From Lenisia limosa (Eukaryota > Protista > Breviatea): a stretch of DNA of 37,909 bases. The stretch covers positions 1 to 37,909 of the forward strand of contig LPNZ01008602.1 in assembly GCA_001655205.1 (NCBI GenBank), written 5' to 3'. The position numbers were made by a program, and so were the translations under genes. Positions 20,401 through 31,575 of this stretch are shown in pieces. The notes under the pieces are model-generated. The model worked only from the letters and a program-made list of their open reading frames with translations. It had not been told where the DNA came from and did no database searches. How positions within the stretch are numbered: position 1 is the first letter of the stretch; each line of letters opens with the position of its first letter.

Positions 20401-23400
20401 TCAACATCTGTTGAAACGGATGTTTCCGGCATTAATTCGGATCTTGCACTTTATGTTTCGAGTGGGTGGATGTATTATTAGCCCTTTGATGGTTAGTCGT
20501 AGAATGACAGTTCAGCTGTGGTGTTAAATTATCTGATAGAGGCTTCCTTTTATTAACCCTTTAGAAAACCATGATTATGGACATATGATGGTGCCTTCTG
20601 CTTTGGTATGTTCAAAAAAGTTGCACTCAAAAAACCATCAAAATTCGCTATATTATCACATTATTGCGTACTATTTGATAAGATAACAAGCTGTAGTGTA
20701 TATACATACGATATGTGTTGTTGGAATATTGGCAATTAAAATCAAATAGAGTACGAAAGAGGATATCTCTTTGGCCAAACTCAAGAAGGTGCTAATCCGA
20801 TTTTAGGGCAAATATGGTGTGAGACGGTTGCTATCCCTTGGCACTCCGTTCAGCCCTGTTTCGCAGACATCTTTTCATGGATATAATAGCACACATTTTA
20901 TTCGTGTTGACGGAATTTCTTTGGTTGGTGAGGATTCACAACATGAGCAATATCATAGATAGCTACATTTATTGAACAGATGATCGGGCAATTAGTGCCA
21001 TCACAAATGGATAACTCTGTAATCTGCAGTTTTGTTATATTTCTTGATGAAGACGTAGTTAACATCTCCAGATAGCAGAGCCTGCTGAAGGGGAGTATTT
21101 TGTGTTTGGAAGGTCGATTGTACTGAACACTACGAAAGGAATTGAAGTATTAGTTTGGGGGAAGGATTTCAAAGTTTTGATTTTCTTAATTATTGCAAGA
21201 GTTATTTGCTCTGTCAGCAATAAATAATTACCCGAGCACCTTAGTAGTGACACTTTCAGGTTGGGACGGAACCGAGCTTTGTGACGAAGAAGTTGTACCA
21301 TGTTCTTGGCGCTGAGAGCCCAATTATTAGCATGGATGGTGGGGACATGGATGGGAGTGTCAAATAACATTGAATAGTGGAATAATCGGTCAACTTGGGT
21401 GGGTGTAATAGTGCACCATTTCAATGATAAATAATTGCTGTAGTGGACAGCCCTGTTATGCGACAAGATGGATCTTTGATCACTTTGAATGTGGATTTGC
21501 CTCCAAGGTTGGGAAGGAGTGTAAACAGGATCATGTTGAGGATCAACAGCGAAAATGCTAGTGTTTCTTTTGAGCTCTTTGATATATTATATTACTATAT
21601 ACCCTTGGTGTGGCATGCCTGGATCTAGACGTTTTCAGATACTGCTCGAAGTTTTGCCGCACTGTTCTTGACCGTAAGGCGGTGTTTTGGGATGATTGTC
21701 TAAGTATTAGTAATATGGCTGCTTAATTGTTTCCAGGAGGCTATGTCATCTCGCACAATTCCACAGGGTTTAGTCGAATGGAAGATGAAGTCAAGGTGAG
21801 TTATGCAATCAGGAGTATAATCGCATTTAGAGTACCTTTTGTGTCTCCTTTCATTGTGTTTTTGCTTGGTATAGTATCACATTTCTGTTACCTCACCGCT
21901 GTTACGATTTGCATTTAGCAGCTCAAAATTCTACATTAACCTGATATTACAGTATCCGTGCCACAACAGAGTATGTGGCACGTCACAGACTCGCTATGTT
22001 GATTGGTTCAGCCATGATCCTGTTGGAGGGGGTCACTGTTGCCATATCAAATTATCAAGAATATTACAACTAATCTAGTATTATTCATCTGAATGGGTTG
22101 GGTAGGAGTTCTGCTGTCTGTAAGTAACCAAGTATGATTATTGGTCACTTCGTTTAGCCAGCAGACAGGGGGCTACCTATCGCTATTGATTTCGACGATT
22201 ATGATAACGCAGTCATTTTGGACTGTTTGTGGGTTGCGTGCAGTTGGTTGTTGAAATTAACCTATAGTGCAATGATTGTTTTGAACTTTAAACATGATTA
22301 TTTTTCTGGGCTTATAATTCTGGGTAAAAATCCTAATTGTTCAGCTTATATCGTTTAGTTTTCGGATATCTCTACTTCCGCATCAAACCATTCAACACGT
22401 CTGTAACCGACTACGGAAACGGATGGTGGCGCACTGAGCTGCAAGATGACTATATTTACAATATCGTTGTATGCTGGGGGGGGGGGATACGGCACAGTAA
22501 AGAGGGCAAGTAATTATGTTTGTTCATAGTTTGATTTCTATGTTGACAGGATTCATATCATTTAGTTTTAGTTTTGTTATTTTTTATTTCAACCGCTTCG
22601 TATTTTTTTCTTTTTTTAACCTAATTAGGGCATATCAAATGGGTTTATCATGAAGTCAAGAGAATTCAGTGAGCATCTGACTGAGCCTTTTTGTGCGGTT
22701 CTGAGAAAAAATGATTTTTTTTCCCCTGATGCTACTTCACCGTGAATACCGAATTTCTGCTTTGTTGAGATACCCACATGTCGACACATTCTCACTCATT
22801 AGTCTCGGAGTATTCAGGGCCACAGCTCCTAATAAATGGCATAGTGCCTGACGCGGCAACTGAAGTTGTGATTCAATGTAGGAATTGCGTTGCTATGGCT
22901 GAAAATTTCACAATGTTTCTTTTTGAACACAATGGTCTATCTAGCTACCCAAGGAACCACAGTAGTTCTGACTCTTCAGATGAGGCAAAATGTGAGAACT
23001 TGTACCTAATTTTGGCTGATATTGAGGACCGGCGACCTGTTCTCAAGTATCCCTTCACTATTACCGCTGATGTAAGTCAGGGATGTCGGGGACAATCAAT
23101 AACACTACTCTTCATTCTATGCAAATCATGCAACATTAATATAGCTTCATTACATGCAAATCATGCAACATTAATATGGCTTGATTGTCATTTCATAAGC
23201 ATTGAGAAGTGGACCGCCTTATCAGATAGATTATCTAGTTTTCCAATGACAAGTAATATCAGCATTTAAGTTAATCCTTCTTTTTCCAGCCAACGCATTA
23301 CACCGCTATTTTGCCCAATGGAATTGATATGGACTACGCAGTCAGTTTGTGGCATGACGGATCTTATTTGAGAACTACTGAGGTACTACAGGTGCGGGGG

Positions 23401-26400
23401 GTGAACAAATATATGGAAAATTCTGCCTGCAAGCCTTTGGTGTCATTTTGTGATTGATCAAAGAAGCAATTATTAACTCCATGCAAACATCAGTATTATT
23501 ACTACCTTTACATAATTGTCAGCGTAACTTTCTTTGATCTTTTCAGAAGTACAGCGTGCCTGTTCTCCGCAATAGCTACTTTCGATACGCAATGCCGTCC
23601 TTGACTTTCAGCATTACCGAGTCTGGCAACTACTCCTTACAGTAAGTGGAGTTATTGCCGTATTGAGCTGGTCCTTTTTGATACATTACTCACCACTTCA
23701 GTATTATTGGTGCAGAAGGTGGTTACAGCTACTATAAGGATTGCGACTCGAGAGCCGACTGTACGTTCTCAATACCCAACTATGAATATTCAAACTGTAG
23801 GCAAAGGATCATATTTAAGTGTTCAAAGGCTTCTGTTTGAGTGTTCAAAGGCTTCTGTTTGAGTGTTCAAAGTATCGTAGTTGAGTGTTCAAAGGATCGT
23901 AGTTCAGTGTTCATGTTACCTTTCAATTACCTGCTATTTAGGCGTTCTCTTGATGGCCATTTTCCCTGTTGGTGGCAGGCCAGGCCCTTTCACAAATGTC
24001 AATGGTATGCACTTGGTGTCTCATAAATACTCATGGTATGTGATTTTCATCCTATAAATAATAGTGATGTGATTGGTCCGCTTTTGCTGAGCTGATAGCT
24101 TTCAAGACTGTTTCAAAAGAATAATCTGTCTAGGTTATGACAACATGAACCTCAAAAGCGTAGCACCTTCGGTCGTAAAAGCCGCGGCTATTCCAAACAC
24201 ATTTACTATAATGGTAAGCCGCGCCCTTTTTCTCTTGATCACTGAAAAACAATCCAAACTATATGATATATGATATATGATATATGATATATATATATAT
24301 ATATATAGTATACATGTATATCTTAGAAATGCCATCACCAATACCGNNNNNNNNNNNNNNNNNNNNNNNNNNNNNNNNNNTATTCATGCTCCTCATTTCC
24401 CAGGGCAAATACTGCGAAGGTCTCCCCTACATTTGCCAATCAGGAGATGAAACAGTTGCTGGCGTTCTAGATAACAACGAATTGATATGTGCTTTTGAGA
24501 ACCCCCCTTCACCGACCCCTGGTACCAATGGGATTAGAATTGAGGTAGGGCTTGGAAGGGGGTCCGGATTTATTACATTTGAATTTGATTTCAGTTTATG
24601 GTATTGATATCATACGATTGAGAAGGCATATACGATAGATTCCACAAGTGAAAACTTATTGTCCAGGTTAAACTGGAAGGCTTATCACTGTCAATTGTTG
24701 TGGAGGTGGACTGGGATATGCAAATTGATGTTACGCACGATGCGATGGAGTATGTTATATCTGACGTGCCGCTCAGCCCAGTAACATTTAAGGTTTGTTA
24801 ACTTAGGATATACGCTTATTCCCACCTATTATGCGATACTTTTTGTTTAACAGGTGTTTTGATGATCTTTTAATACAACATCATAATTATATATGATAAG
24901 TGTTCAATGGCAGAGGCAATATAAATGACATACTCAATGCTGTTCTACCATTCAACAAGTTGCATTTATATCCCAGGCATTTGAAGTGACTGACATTGGA
25001 GAGGTAGCAATTGAGGGCGTGCTTGTCACTGTCTCATCAACACCTAATCATGGTAGGTGCTTGGAGTTATGTTTCTTGTTATACAGAGCCCATGTATGTA
25101 CATTTTCAAAAATTATTCCATTTGATGTTATTTGAGTGACAATGGACAATAGTTTTTAAAAATATGTACAAACAAAAAATGTATAATATTATATTCTTTT
25201 TAATGCTCAGTTGACTTCAAGGTTCAAGCTTGATAATATTCAAAATTAATATGAAATAGTCCCATTGAATTGACATGCAAAATGCAAAGAGATTCTTTGT
25301 ATTGAAATAGTTAATTTGTGGTATTGACACAAGATGTGATACCAGTAAATTGGATTCTGCAGGTGTGACTCCGTAGGAATAAAAGGCAACATAGGTGTGA
25401 CCAATTCCGAAGGTCTTGCGTACTTTAATTCCTTGTCGCTCACAGCTCATCAAAACTCAACTTATTCGGTATGTTTCTATTTTATTTTATGAAAGGAAGA
25501 AGGTGATATGATGGATTCTTTGAATGTTGTGTTTTTAAGGTTCACTACTCTCTTTAAATAACTATTGTATACTCACTTTGTAGTTATTCTTTGAAGGAAG
25601 TTTCTCCACGTACACGTTGGTAAGCTACATATATCGATACATACACATTGGTAAGTACACATGTACATTACATAATCCTAGTTTTTTTGATAACGAAACT
25701 ATATGTTTTTTCATTTCTCAAAGCAGCATATCAGCAGATCAGCATTCTCACCTCTCAGGGACCCCTCACGACAGCGCCTTGCTCAGTCGAGCTCCAGAAT
25801 TCAGTACCAGTCGGTTCGGAGTGCCTGTGCGACAAGGGCTATCTTTCAGAGTCGCTGGCCTGCACTCCGTGCCCGGTAAACACGTACTCGTCCGCCATAT
25901 CCGCCACATCTTGCACGCCTTGTGAGGGCCTATTCCGACTGACAGCGTCCTCGGCCTCCACCAGTAGCGACGACTGCATCTGCCGGCCTGGCATGGTCGA
26001 GGTTGATGGCTCTGAGGACTGCAAGTGCCCCAAAGGCAGCGAGTTTATTGTCGCGTCCGAAGAATGCGTTCTGTGTCCAAATGACCACTACTCGTGGGGG
26101 GGTGTGGTTTGAAATTTGCTGAAATAAACTAGCATTAGACCTAGTAGATAAAACAGAAATGTTAATAAAAGACAGTATAATTCCCCCGTGTTCTTATTGA
26201 CTCAGTTAACCCTATCCTAAAAAACCATTCACTCCCCCAGAGAGCACGTGAACCTCGGGTCCTGCACCGCCTGCCCCCTCAACACAGAGACCTTGGCTGT
26301 GGGCTCTACGACCCTGGCCGAATGTGTCTGTCTCGAAGGCTTCTACTACGTTGTTGACTCGTGTGAGGCATGTCCCGTTGGAGCGGACTGTGTTGGCGGC

Positions 26401-29400
26401 TCAAATTGTTGGGGGGTGCTGGGATGGATATTACAAAACCTGAACCATATGCAGTGACCAGGGTAAGTCTTGACCGATTTTCCTTGGGAAGTCACACAGA
26501 AAATCGGTAAAGACTTTTCCCGGTCACTGTATATATTACATAATTGATGTAATTCCAGCCGAGAGAGTATCTTTCGCTGTAATTCATCTTCCTCTCTTAC
26601 AATACAGTGCCCTCCCCCTCTGACGGGTTCTTCCAAAGTGCGACCGCGAACACCTTTCTCCAGTGCCCTATGCATGAAGCGTGTGTTCTTGGTAGGCCAC
26701 GCTTTGGAACGCTTCACAGTCTGAGAAATAATTCCAACGTTTGGAATTTTCACCTAAAATTATGTCACAATTAACAATTTATTTGGCTTCTCTGACCCTC
26801 CAGGCGGTCAGTGTGCTGAGGGCTACGAGGGCGACTTGTGCTCATTGTGCACGGCCGGATACTACAAACGAAACAACACCTGCAAACAATGCGCAGATAC
26901 AGACAAGTGGGGGGAGGGTCAATAATGTTCTCTTTCGGAGAAGTGTGTGGGTGGGAGAGTGATAGATCCCTTCTTAGTCTCACAAAGCCCCAAGCCAACG
27001 GTAGTATTAAAGATATGGAATTTTCCTCTTTTCTTTACTCCCCCTTCAGGTTTATTTTACCACTACTTGGTTTTGCCTTCGTCCTGGTGGTGTCCGTGGT
27101 GTTTGTGATGTCCTATCGACCGAAGCACAATGCTAGATGGGCAGCCCTCAGAATCCTGGTCGCGTTCATTCAGGTGGGGGTGGGTGTTCAAAAGAACAAA
27201 TATTATTGCGATACAGTATCAATCATATCATATATGTACTATATCATGTGCATTCATAGTATTGATAAATACTGCCATGCAACAGAGGGAACGTCTCTCA
27301 TAGTTTAACAGTCAATCTCTAGCACCCAAATTTGACTGAATTCACCTCCCAGGTGACAGGCCTCTACGGACAGTTTGACATTAATTGGCCGCCGGAGGTG
27401 GACGCTGTTCTCAACGTTTTCTCCTCTTTCGCCCTCAATGTGGAGGTCAGTTCGCTCTAGAAACATTCCAAACCGTTGCTTGGGAATTACCTCAAAGAAA
27501 TTCCACAAAAAGCTTGCTATTTTCCCACAACACACCCCCTGCCTTCANNNNNNNNNNAATTGTCTTTTTTGATTTGTATTTGGCACCACCAGTACTGCCA
27601 TGCGTTACACGTGCTAATAATTGGCTTCTTCACTTTCTTTCTTCTCGCACCACTAACCCCCCACCAGGTTGCCGCACCGGAGTGCTCATTAGCCACCAAG
27701 CTCGGCTACTTCACCATCCTCACGCTGAAGCTACTCATCCCCCTCGCCATCCTCACGGTCATCACATTGTGCTTCTTGGTCGGAATGTACCTGGTCAAAT
27801 CTGGCCGGATAAGATCAGAGGCCTTGGAGGTTGGAAGTGGCTGATAGCGTTGAACTTGTACGTTTTACATTCACCTTATTCAAGCTTCTTCTTGTCATCA
27901 ATGCCTATTGAAGTTTTAACATCCATTGTAGATCCCCGCCAATAAGGCCATGAAGCACGCGTTGATCCGGTCATTCTTCCTCCTCATGGTCATGCTGTAC
28001 ATCCCCATCTCGTGGTTTGTCCTGGAGTACTTCGACTGCACTACTCTGAAGGACGGACGTCTGGCGCTGGAAGCTGGTGGGGGGGGTGGATACGTTTACA
28101 TCTTCTTTGGTCAAGTCGGTCACAGCTTTTCACATGTTTTACCCTCTTCAATTAATAGAAGAGTGTTTTCCAATGTTTTCATCCTCCCAGATCCTTCTGT
28201 GGAGTGCTACAAGAGCGAACATCGAGACTTCCTCCCATACGTACTTGTTGGCGTGCTGCTTTACGTCATCTGCATCCCGGCAGCCGTGACCTTCTTCATT
28301 ATCAGGAGGAAGGAGAAGCTCTATCGCCCGCGTGTATTTGCAAAGTATTCGTTTACGATAAATTGTCTTACATGGTGTTGAAGACTTAATTTCAGAAAAA
28401 GGCCATTAAATCATGCGATAGGAATGCAAGCTATTTCGAAATAACCTTTTCAAATCCTCCTTTTCTCTTGGCTGTTGCTCCTTTCACTCACACCCCAGAA
28501 CGGGATTCCTGCACAGCCGCTATAAGGACGAAACAGCGATGTGGGAAGCCGTTGTGCTACTGCGTCTTTTGGCCGTGGTCGTGGCCCTTTTGATCATCAA
28601 CAGCGCAAGTGCCCAGGTACTGGCGTGAATAGTGNNNNNNNNNNGACTGGTTTTCAAAATTGTTTGATATTTGTATTTCCACATCTATCTGAGCTCATTT
28701 AACAACCGTCTCATCTGATTCAACATCACACCACCCCAGATCCCCGCCAACAAGGCCATGAAACACGCGTTGATCAGGTCATTCTTCCTCCTCATGGTCA
28801 TGCTGTACATCCCAATCTCGTGGTTTGTCCTGGAGTACTTTGACTGCACTACTCTGAAGGACGGACGTCTGGCGCTGGAAGCTGGTGGGGGGGGGGTGGA
28901 TACGTTTACATCTTCTTTGGTCAAGTCGGTCACAGCTTTTTAAGTTTATTACCTCAATTGAATAGAAGAGAGTTTTCTAATATTTTCATCCTCCCAGATC
29001 CTTCTGTGGAGTGCTACAAGAGCGAACATAGAGACTTCCTCCCATACGTGCTTGTTGGTGTGCTGCTTTACGTCATCTGCATCCCGGCAGCCGTGACCTT
29101 CTTCATTATCAGGAGGAAGGAGAAGCTCTATCGCCCGCGTGTATTCGCAAAGTGGGCCGGGTCACAAAATATCCCCCCTTTTCTAGTTCTAAATAAGAAA
29201 TTATCCTCATTTGGACAATATCAGAGAGCTTCCACGCCTTTCCGCTTGGCTGTCTTTCCTTTTACTCACGCCCCAGAACGGGATTCCTGCACAGCCGATA
29301 TAAAGACGAAACAGCGATGTGGGAAGCCGTTGTGCTACTGCGTCTTTTGGCCGTGGTTGTGGCCCTTTTGATCATCAACAGCGCAAGTGCCCAGGTAGGC

Positions 29401-30925
29401 ACCGTACTCTTGGGGCACTATGATTACAAACACATGTAGATATTGATATGTCATATTTGTTGAAGTCTTGAAAAGGGACAGAGGTAACCCAAAAGTGACG
29501 ACTGCGTTTTGTAAACGCCCATCACGTTCCTCTCTTGGAGCAAATATCATAGAAACCTTCACTCCACACCACAGGTCGGTATTTGCCTTGCATTCCTGGC
29601 GGGAGCGCTCTACCTGAATGAGCGGTTCCGGCCCTACCTGTCTCCTCGACTGACGACAGTGGACTCGGTCGGCCTGCTGGTCAACGTGGCAACGCTCCTT
29701 GCAGGCATCGTGTTCAATGACGTTGGGTGGAGGGACTCTTCAAAGGCTGATACGGGCTTGTTTTTGTTTTTTTGTTCTGTCATCTGGTTTCTGTCTAGTT
29801 TTAGCGTTGGTTGCACGTGTTTGTTATTGCCTGTTTTTCTGTATCATTCGGTTCGTGATTAGTACCTTTACGCCAATATTTTTCATCGAAATTTCCTTCG
29901 TTTTTGGGGTTGTTAATTATGTGTGTGTGTATGGAAGGGATATTTTGAAGAGTGTAATGACATTGTCCCTTTCTTTTACGGTTAAGAGTGAAGTCAGTAC
30001 AGCCTATCGAGGGCTTTGGACGATTATTGTCCTCGCGCTTTTGGCAGGTATGATATGGATACGGGTTTTTTTGAAGATCGTTGTCATCCCCAAAACTTGG
30101 TTATTTCTATGACCAGTATTTCATTTTACCACTTAGGAAACTTGTTGTTTATCTTTGGTGTGGTCTATATTGAAGCTATTGCATCGAAAAAGGAAATCCC
30201 TCTCGAAGAGGACCTGCACTGTATTGAGGTATGAAGAGGGTGCTGATTCTGGCGAAAAGGACTTGTTTGTTTTGGTACTGAAATAATGATAAACACAAAA
30301 ATGATATGGCTTGAGTTGTTTTAACCTGAGGTACTGAGCAACTCTGAGTATCCATATTGACCACCGCAGTCTACTGAAGATTTCGATTACGAGGCTGAAA
30401 AGAGAGCATCACTGCTGACAACTGGTGCAGGGGGAGGGAATTCATGTTATGGGGTTTTAGGAAAATTGTCTCTTTACTCTGATAATGATTCGGTTTCTGC
30501 AATTGAATATTACTGGTTGTACAACACCGTGACTCATACATTAGACACATACAACACGTCAAGTATGATATCGACCATGAGTACGGGTGGCAACCATTCG
30601 TCTTCCAGCTGGACTGATTCCAGTTCAATGGTATGACATCGGCACACATTGATATCCCCTTTCTTTCCACCCTCGCCCTCGTGGATTAAACGTGTCACCA
30701 TGGCTTGTCTTTTGTTTATCATACCTTGGGCTTCACTTTGGTTCGAAAAAAGGCTGAATTTCTCGATAAATCCTCGAAAACTATTTTACCGGGTTTTTTT
30801 TTTGAACCGAATTGAAACCCTAGTCATAATGCTAACAGGGAGTTGCTGAGCCGGAGCCGGTCGTGGACCTTGACGAGCTGGAGGACGAGCTGGACTTAGA
30901 GCGTGATACGGTGGAAGATGTGTAG
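17444..30925 (+). CDS. Very large cell-surface receptor-like protein: signal peptide, RCC1-like repeats, IPT/TIG-like modules, GCC2/GCC3 (ephrin-receptor-like) Cys-rich repeats, multi-pass TM C-terminus
   Basis: MFVRLLLLLLLCGWSLQQ signal peptide at 17444. RCC1-like GTLYGMGRNLDGSLG (~18740-18790) and GSLYRAGQQHNG (~19225). IPT-like LKSVAPSVVKAAAIPNTFTIMGKYCEGLPYICQSGDETV (24135-24520). Cys repeats CTPCPVNTYSSAISATSCTPC and CPVGADCVGG...CAEGYEGDLCSLCTAGYY (25740-26906). TM region includes the FLHSRYKDETAMWEAVVLLR motif and ends in an acidic tail with TAG 30923-30925. Splicing through about 20800-22800 was not fully resolved, so a split into two genes cannot be excluded. Confidence 0.75.
23119..23188. 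repeat. Intronic direct repeat, 2 x 35 bp
   Basis: ATGCAAATCATGCAACATTAATAT occurs at 23119 and 23154. Confidence 0.88.
23817..23913. repeat. Intronic minisatellite, ~4.5 x 22 bp
   Basis: GAGTGTTCAAAGGCTTCTGTTT-type units with GTTCA at 23821, 23843, 23865, 23887 and 23909; units 1-2 and units 3-4 form two variant pairs. Confidence 0.9.
24261..24307. repeat. (GATATAT)n / (TA)n microsatellite in an intron
   Basis: Direct reading: atatgatatatgatatatgatatatgatatatatatatatatata. Confidence 0.85.
26452..26529. mobile_element. 78-bp Tc1/mariner-like MITE (CAGTG...CACTG termini)
   Basis: Left arm CAGTGACCAGGGTAAGTCTTGACCGATTTT versus reverse complement of the right arm CAGTGACCGGGAAAAGTCTTTACCGATTTT (30-bp imperfect TIR). 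The right flank is TA and the left flank TG. It lies in the intron between Cys-rich exons. Confidence 0.68.
27932..29394 (+). repeat. Tandem duplicate of three TM-encoding exons (27932-28616 and 28740-29394) separated by a 10-N gap
   Basis: Both copies encode IPANKAMKHALIRSFF...VALLIINSASAQ identically; 12 nucleotide differences in 417 exonic nt, all synonymous. Confidence 0.93.
30728..30820. mobile_element. Hairpin MITE-like family, subfamily A, copy 4 (last intron of receptor gene)
   Basis: GGGCTTCACTTTGGTTC ... GAACCGAATTGAAACCC with core GCTGAATTTCTCGATAAATCCTCG...TTTTACCGG, collinear with copy 2880-2968. Confidence 0.78.
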
Positions 30926-31575
30926 AATTGATGTTTCGGGGCTATGTTTTTAATGTTTCTCTCAAGGTGAATATGTAGTATATGTTTGTAATATAGTGTA
31001 TGTCTCTGTGACAACAGGGTTCGGATCTGTGGATCTGATTGTCAAATAATTTCGAATTTAATTTGTAGCTTCAAGTTTCACATCGCGGCACCGCGGCGTT
31101 GGTATGTAAAGTCTATTATTGTGTATACTTTGAGGATCATCAGAGAAAGCCAAAATTCGTCAAGATAATGAGGATGGAGGATTGTGAAAAGATGAAACCC
31201 TATCATCTCCACAATCGTTATTGAACAGGGGGAACAAGGAAGATCAGTTTATTTGCATTAGTTACATGAATTACCTGAGTTCTGTTTTAATGCATCACAT
31301 ACTACCGATCCAAGCAAAACACACTTTTCTAATTTACAGATACAAATTCAAATTCGTAAAATGAAGTGTGCATGTTGATGTTGAGCAACGGATGATAGTC
31401 TTTCCGTATAAGGCAACTGCTTGAGATAATTATCCATGAAGGTTCAGCCATCAACAAGCCATCAAAGCGACAAGTCCAATATATATGTATTGGGAAATGT
31501 GAAATAAGATGACATAGTTAGAGCATTTTAAATATTTGATAAGCAAAATTTCCAACCCCTTTCCGTTTCCCCAAG

